A DNA stretch of 32,000 bases from Methylococcus geothermalis (GTDB lineage Bacteria; Pseudomonadota; Gammaproteobacteria; Methylococcales; Methylococcaceae). Numbering within the stretch: position 1 is the first letter of the stretch; each line of letters opens with the position of its first letter. Shown here piece after piece: positions 27,121 through 32,000 of this stretch. The stretch covers positions 714,434-746,433 of the forward strand of contig NZ_CP046565.1 in assembly GCF_012769535.1 (NCBI RefSeq). The letters are read 5' to 3'. The notes under the pieces were generated by a model, which was not told the DNA's origin, searched no databases, and saw nothing but the letters and a program-made list of their open reading frames with translations. The translations under genes and the position numbers were made by a program.

Positions 27121-28113
27121 CTAGGCGTGGGCGGGGTGCGGGTCGGCAGCCGGTATGGCAAGCGTTACGTCGGCACCCCGGTTGCGCGGCCGGGCGACCA
27201 GGAAGTCGAGATGGGCTGCAATGTCCAAAGTGCGCGCCGCCGCTGCCAGCCGCTGCGCTTCTGGTTCGGAAGCGGCGAGACAGAAGCCCGTCGGTCCCCA
27301 CGAGCTCTGGCCCATGCCCACCGCCCCTTGCGCCGCGAGCCACGCGAGGGCCGCGGCGACGTCGGGGCTGGTGAAGCGGCCGCCTTGCGCGGGCGCGAAA
27401 TAATCACCCACGGATCGTTGGATTTCGGCGATGCCGGCACCGAAGGTCTCGAGCCGGTTTTCCGCGAGGGCGGGCAGTGTCTGCATCAGGATCAGGTGGC
27501 TCAAGCGGGCGGCCTCGTGCTCCGGGAACGGCGGCAAGGCCCGGAAGGCGTCGATTTCCTGCGAGCCGTGAAGGCCTTGCCCTCGCGAGTCGAACACCAG
27601 GATGAAGCGCCAGTCTTCCGGTATCGGCAGGCGCGCGATCACCGGCGGGCTGACGGTTTGCGGGCCGCGCCCGCCGTCGACGATCAGTCCGCCCTGTTCG
27701 AACGACGCCAGGCCGATCCCCGACCTCGCGCCCCTTTCGATGAGCGGCGCGATATCCCTGGGGGTGAGCGGTAATCCATAGGCATGGATGAGGGCGGTAC
27801 CCAAGGCCAGAGCCATCTGCGTGCCGGATCCGAGGCCGACGTGCTCCGGAATCGCCGATTCGATTTCGACCCTGGCCGAGCCCGGCAGGCTCAAGGCGGC
27901 TTCGAGTTTTTCCAAGATGGCCAGAGCCCTTTCCGCCGATGGGCCGCTGGCATGCGGCATTCGGCTCGGGCAAAGGCTCAGGCGTGTCGATATCTCTTCG
28001 ATCGCTACTCCGATGCTGCCGAATCTGCGCCCGAATGTGCCGGAGATGTCGATAAACCCGAGATGCAGGCGGGCGGAGGCGTGGACACAGACGCGGGTGG
28101 ACGGTTTCGGCAT
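27121..28113 (-). CDS. mptG: Beta-ribofuranosylaminobenzene 5'-phosphate synthase (GHMP-kinase fold)
   Basis: ATG 28113 gives 330 aa. [18 protein letters not shown] and [14 protein letters not shown] (GHMP motif) are typical of MptG/RFAP synthase. Confidence 0.85.
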   Translation of the reverse strand: MPKPSTRVCVHASARLHLGFIDISGTFGRRFGSIGVAIEEISTRLSLCPSRMPHASGPSAERALAILEKLEAALSLPGSARVEIESAIPEHVGLGSGTQMALALGTALIHAYGLPLTPRDIAPLIERGARSGIGLASFEQGGLIVDGGRGPQTVSPPVIARLPIPEDWRFILVFDSRGQGLHGSQEIDAFRALPPFPEHEAARLSHLILMQTLPALAENRLETFGAGIAEIQRSVGDYFAPAQGGRFTSPDVAAALAWLAAQGAVGMGQSSWGPTGFCLAASEPEAQRLAAAARTLDIAAHLDFLVARPRNRGADVTLAIPAADPHPAHA

Positions 28114-28390
28114 GGTGCTCGGAGGGTGATGCAGGGGCGATATCGGCGCCGCTCCGAAGAGCGGGGCCCGTTCGGTGATGCGGCGCGGTAATAAGGTCTC
28201 TAGCCTAGAGGAAGGGGATCGTTTTGTCGATCGTTCGCCCCTGTTCGGCATGGCTGGCCGCAAGTTGAAAAACGGGTCTGGATTCCCTATTCTTGCCAGC
28301 CACGCGGATGGCTGCCTGTCCCCCGTCCCTGATGACGCAGGACGTGGAACCACTTCGGACTCTCAAATCAGAGCATATTAAGGAAAGGGC

Positions 28391-29662
28391 ATGACCGACA
28401 ACACCTCGGCCAAGGTCTGGGACAACGTTCCCAGTCCGTTCTGCGGTATCGCCTCCGACGACCTGAAAATCGAGGTTTCCGGTTCGAGCGTGCGGGTGCT
28501 GGCAAATGGCGACGCCGTCACGATTCCCGGTTTCGAGCAGCCCGTGACCGATACCGCTCCCCGTATCGCCGGCAAGCCGGTTTCCCTGGCTGAAGCGGTG
28601 CAGCGGGCGGCGGCGATTCTGAAGGATGCCAGGCTGCCGGTGTTCAGCGGCTTCGGAACCGATGTCAATGATACCCGCGCGGCGCTTGCACTTATCGACA
28701 AGGTCCACGGTGTGTTCGATCAGGCCCGCGCCGGCGGCGGCGTCCGCAACCTGCTGGTGCTGGCCGATTCGGGCTGGATTGCGACGACGCTGGCCGAGGT
28801 GAAGAACCGGGTCGAAGTCCTCCTGGTTTTCGGCAGCGATGTCGAAGCCGCCTTTCCGCGTTTTTTCGAACGCTTCGTCTGGAACAAGGAAACCCTGTTC
28901 GGGCAGAATCCGGGTCAACGCGAAGTCATCTATCTCGGCCGGGCACCCAGCGGCGATGCGGCGATGTCGCCCGATGGGCGGCGCCCGCAGGTCATCGAAT
29001 GCGCTCCCGAGCATCTGCCCGAACTCGCCGCGGTGTTGTCGGCGCTGGTGCGCGGCGCCTCGCTCCAGGCCGAGACCGCGGGCGGTGTGCCGGTCGCGGT
29101 GCTGGAGGGCGTCGTGGACCGGCTGAAGCGGTCGAGCTACAGCGTGGTGACTTGGGTGGCGGGGCAGCTGGACTTTCCGCACGCCGATCTCACGGTGCAG
29201 CAGGTTTGCCAGGCGGTGACGGCGCTCAACAAGGAAACCCGTGCCGCCGTCCTGCCTCTGGGCGGACAGGACGGCGACCGGACCGCCAGCCAAGTCTGCG
29301 CCTGGCTGACCGGCTACCCTACCCGGGTGAGTTTCGCCCGCGGCTTCCCCGAATACGACCCCTACCTCAATGACACCGCGCGCTTGCTGAGCGAGGGCGA
29401 AGCCGATGCGCTGGTCTGGGTGTCCAGCCTCTCGGTGGCTCCCCCGCCGGCCGCCGAGTTGCCGACGGTGGTGATCGGCCGTTCCGGCATGCAGTTCGAC
29501 AAGGAGCCGGCGGTGTACATTCCCGTCGGCGTCCCCGGCATCGACCATGCCGGCCACATGTACCGCTGCGACAACGTCGTGGCCATGCCGCTCTATCCGC
29601 TGCGCGATTGCGGGTTGACGAGTGCTGCCGCCGTGCTGGCGGCGATCGAGCAGTCGCTCTAG
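28391..29662 (+). CDS. fhcB: Formyltransferase/hydrolase complex subunit B (formylmethanofuran dehydrogenase subunit B homologue)
   Basis: 423 aa with AAGGAAAGGG SD. Positioned before fhcA and fhcD. The sequence resembles FwdB-type proteins (VFSGFGTDVN, VLLVFGSD). Confidence 0.85.
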   Translation: MTDNTSAKVWDNVPSPFCGIASDDLKIEVSGSSVRVLANGDAVTIPGFEQPVTDTAPRIAGKPVSLAEAVQRAAAILKDARLPVFSGFGTDVNDTRAALALIDKVHGVFDQARAGGGVRNLLVLADSGWIATTLAEVKNRVEVLLVFGSDVEAAFPRFFERFVWNKETLFGQNPGQREVIYLGRAPSGDAAMSPDGRRPQVIECAPEHLPELAAVLSALVRGASLQAETAGGVPVAVLEGVVDRLKRSSYSVVTWVAGQLDFPHADLTVQQVCQAVTALNKETRAAVLPLGGQDGDRTASQVCAWLTGYPTRVSFARGFPEYDPYLNDTARLLSEGEADALVWVSSLSVAPPPAAELPTVVIGRSGMQFDKEPAVYIPVGVPGIDHAGHMYRCDNVVAMPLYPLRDCGLTSAAAVLAAIEQSL

Positions 29663-29690
29663 CGCCTGCTTCCTTGGGAGATTCGAAATC

Positions 29691-31358
29691 ATGCTGATCA
29701 AGCTTACGGGCGGCACCGTTTACGATCCGGCGAACGGCATCGACGGCCAGGTGCGCAACCTTTTCATCCGCGACGGCAGGATCGTCTATTCGCTGAACGG
29801 TGCAACGCCGGATCAGGAGTACGACCTGCGCGGCAAGGTGGTGATGGCCGGGGCCATCGACATGCACACCCACATCGGCGGCGGCAAGGTGACCATCGCC
29901 CGCAACCTGCTACCGGAAGATCATCGTGCCGACCCCGAGCCGCGCCGGGGCCTGATGCGGGCGGGCTGCGGCCACGCCGCACCCTCGACCCTGACCACGG
30001 GTTACCGTTACGCCGAGATGGGTTACACCGCCGGTTTCGAGCCCGCCGTGCTGCCGATCAACGCGCGCCAGGCGCACATGGAAATGGCGGACGTCCCGTT
30101 GTTGGATGTCGGCGGCTACGTCATGCTGGGGAGCGACGATTTTTTCCTGCGGCTCTTGTCCTCCGGCAGCGACCAGCAGCTCATCAACGACTACGTCGCC
30201 TGGACGATCCGTTCCGCCAAGGCGATCGGTATCAAGGTGGTCAATCCCGGCGGCATCAGCGCCTTCAAGTTCAACCAGCGCATGCTGGATCTGGACGAGA
30301 AACATGCGTACTACGGCGTCACGCCCCGGCAGATTCTGAAGTCGCTGGCGCGCGCCGTGCACGAGCTGGGCGTGCCGCATCCGTTGCACGTCCATGGCTG
30401 CAACCTCGGGGTGCCGGGTAATGTCGAGACCACGCTGAACACCATCAGCGGCATCGAAGGCCTGCCCATGCACCTGACCCATATCCAGTTCCACAGCTAT
30501 GGCGTCGAGGGCGACCGCAAGTTCTCCTCCGGCGCGGCGCGCATCGCCGAGGCCATCAACGCCAACAAGAACATCACGATAGACGTCGGGCAGATTCTGT
30601 TCGGCCAGACCGTGACGGCTTCGGGCGATTCGATGCGCCAGCATGCCAATGCCGGCCATGCCCACCCCGACAAATGGGTCTGCATGGACATCGAATGCGA
30701 CGCCGGCTGCGGCGTGGTGCCGTTCAAGTACCGCGACAAGAACTTCGTCAACGCGCTGCAGTGGTGTATCGGCCTGGAAACCTTCCTGCTGATCGAAGAT
30801 CCCTGGCGCGTGTTCCTGACCACGGATCATCCCAACGGCGCGCCGTTCACCACCTATCCGCACCTGATCCGGCTGCTGATGGACAAGAGTTTCCGCAACG
30901 ACATGCTGTCCACGATCAATCCGGAGGCGGCGGCGCTGAGCACCCTGGGGACGCTCGACCGCGAGTACACCTTATATGAGATCGCCATCCTGACCCGGGC
31001 CGGTGCGGCCAGGCTGCTGGGGCTGACCGACCGCGGCCATCTCGGGGCGGGCGCGGCGGCGGATATCACCGTCTACACCGACCAGGCCGACAAGGAAAAG
31101 ATGTTCACCCGGCCGGATTACGTCTTCAAGGACGGCGAACTGGTCGTGCGCAACGGCGAGGTCGTCAAGGTCGTGTGGGGCAATCTGCATACCGTCCAGC
31201 CGGAATTCGACAGCGGCATCGAGGCGCGGCTGCGCGATTACTTCGACCGCTACCACACCATGAAGCTGGACAATTTCGTCATCAACGATTGGGAAATCGA
31301 GGGCGATGGCCGCAGCAAGATCCTCGTTCATCCCTGCCATCAGGGGGCGCGGTCATGA
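29691..31358 (+). CDS. fhcA: Formyltransferase/hydrolase complex subunit A (FwdA-like amidohydrolase)
   Basis: ATG 29691 with GGGAG SD, 555 aa. MLIKLTGGTVYDP, AIDMHTHIGGGK metal-binding motif, HVHGCNLG. Confidence 0.9.
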   Translation: MLIKLTGGTVYDPANGIDGQVRNLFIRDGRIVYSLNGATPDQEYDLRGKVVMAGAIDMHTHIGGGKVTIARNLLPEDHRADPEPRRGLMRAGCGHAAPSTLTTGYRYAEMGYTAGFEPAVLPINARQAHMEMADVPLLDVGGYVMLGSDDFFLRLLSSGSDQQLINDYVAWTIRSAKAIGIKVVNPGGISAFKFNQRMLDLDEKHAYYGVTPRQILKSLARAVHELGVPHPLHVHGCNLGVPGNVETTLNTISGIEGLPMHLTHIQFHSYGVEGDRKFSSGAARIAEAINANKNITIDVGQILFGQTVTASGDSMRQHANAGHAHPDKWVCMDIECDAGCGVVPFKYRDKNFVNALQWCIGLETFLLIEDPWRVFLTTDHPNGAPFTTYPHLIRLLMDKSFRNDMLSTINPEAAALSTLGTLDREYTLYEIAILTRAGAARLLGLTDRGHLGAGAAADITVYTDQADKEKMFTRPDYVFKDGELVVRNGEVVKVVWGNLHTVQPEFDSGIEARLRDYFDRYHTMKLDNFVINDWEIEGDGRSKILVHPCHQGARS

Positions 31359-32000
31359 TCATCAATGGCGTACACATCGACGAGACGTTCGCCGAGGCCT
31401 TTCCGATGCGCGCCACGCGCGTGATCGTCACGGCCCAGAATCTCAAATGGGCTTATCACGCGGCTCAGGCCATGACGGGTTTCGCGACTTCGGTCATCGC
31501 CTGCGGTTGCGAAGCCGGCATCGAGCGGGAGCTCGGTCCTTCCGAAACGCCCGATGGCCGGCCGGGCGTATCGGCACTGCTGTTCGCCATGGGCGGCAAG
31601 GGGCTGGCGAAGCAACTGGAGACCCGGGCCGGGCAGTGCGTGCTGACCTCGCCGACGTCGGCATTGTTCGCGGGGATCGACGAAGGCGAGCAAATCCCGC
31701 TGGGGAAGAATCTGCGTTATTTCGGTGACGGCTTCCAGATTTCCAAGCGGATCGGCGGCAAGCGCTATTGGCGCGTGCCGGTCATGGACGGCGAATTCCT
31801 TTGTCAGGAAACCACCGGCATGATCAAGGCGGTCGGCGGCGGCAATTTCCTCATCCTGGCCGAATCGCAGCCTCAAGCGCTGGCGGGATGCGAAGCGGCG
31901 ATCGAGGCGATGCGCAAGATTCCCAACGTCATCATGCCATTCCCCGGCGGTGTCGTGCGCTCGGGTTCCAAGGTTGGCTCCAAGTACAAGGCCCTGCCGG
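31355..32000 (+). CDS. fhcD: Formylmethanofuran:H4MPT formyltransferase (Fhc subunit D), 5' part only
   Basis: Not in the ORF track because it runs off the window. ATG 31355 overlaps the fhcA stop as ATGA. Manual translation: MIINGVHIDETFAEAFPMRATRVIVTAQNLKWAYHAAQAMTGFATSVIACGCEAGIE ... NVIMPFPGG, typical of Ftr. Confidence 0.85.
   Translation, partial: MIINGVHIDETFAEAFPMRATRVIVTAQNLKWAYHAAQAMTGFATSVIACGCEAGIERELGPSETPDGRPGVSALLFAMGGKGLAKQLETRAGQCVLTSPTSALFAGIDEGEQIPLGKNLRYFGDGFQISKRIGGKRYWRVPVMDGEFLCQETTGMIKAVGGGNFLILAESQPQALAGCEAAIEAMRKIPNVIMPFPGGVVRSGSKVGSKYKALP

Noticed and set aside
27114-27161. Longer start (27161) for the orfY-type gene
   Set aside because: It would overlap mptG by 41 nt and adds a Pro/Thr-rich non-homologous peptide. 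ATG 27113 follows the mptG stop by 8 nt.
28175-28381. 68-aa plus-strand ORF in the mptG-fhcB spacer
   Set aside because: Third-position GC is low compared with every real gene here. There is no SD, no recognisable motif, and it lies in a region full of symmetric DNA elements, so it is more likely regulatory DNA.
28205-29716. 503-aa minus-strand ORF; similarly 29910..30863, 24047..25006, 20525..21745 and 14251..15396
   Set aside because: All are antisense to well-supported genes (fhcB, fhcA, orf5, orf21, cyclase). They are GC-rich shadow ORFs.
1-32000. Search for CRISPR arrays, tandem repeats, IS elements, integrases, tRNA/rRNA genes and toxin-antitoxin pairs
   Set aside because: By eye I found no repeat-spacer periodicity, no transposase- or integrase-like ORF, no cloverleaf-like intergenic sequence and no long direct repeats. 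All intergenic spaces are under 280 nt. This was a visual scan only and is not exhaustive.

Overview
GC-rich, gene-dense chromosomal segment with about 34 protein genes and very little non-coding DNA. Its gene content reads like a Methylococcus-type gammaproteobacterial methanotroph; this is an inference from content, not a database hit. 1-13.9 kb is housekeeping: bamB(partial)-yfgM-hisS, pilW, rlmN, ndk, a shortened iscR-iscS-iscA operon, a tightly packed fabA-fabB-ttcA-membrane protein operon and a DUF1343 operon. 14.1-17.6 kb carries an oxidosqualene-cyclase-type triterpene cyclase plus a squalene monooxygenase, the two entry steps of the rare bacterial sterol pathway. 17.7-32 kb is an archaeal-type tetrahydromethanopterin (H4MPT)/methanofuran C1-transfer island: fae, mch, fhcB-fhcA-fhcD, mptG, pabB and seven cofactor-biosynthesis-type genes whose biochemical roles are poorly known (orf5/7/17/19/20/21/Y-type). 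I saw no rRNA, tRNA, CRISPR, transposase, integrase or phage genes. The main sequence-level oddities are: (i) the orfY-type ATP-grasp gene has no stop codon and reads in frame into mch, and this depends on an 8-G homopolymer; (ii) the cyclase has no in-frame ATG for 56 codons, and its first ATG overlaps the stop of a 22-codon upstream ORF as ATGA; (iii) a 5-codon leader ORF is coupled in the same way to the HisA/HisF-like gene; (iv) the isc operon lacks iscU/hscBA/fdx. Nothing here can be claimed as a wholly new system from sequence alone. The poorly characterised cofactor genes of the island are the best candidates for new biochemistry.
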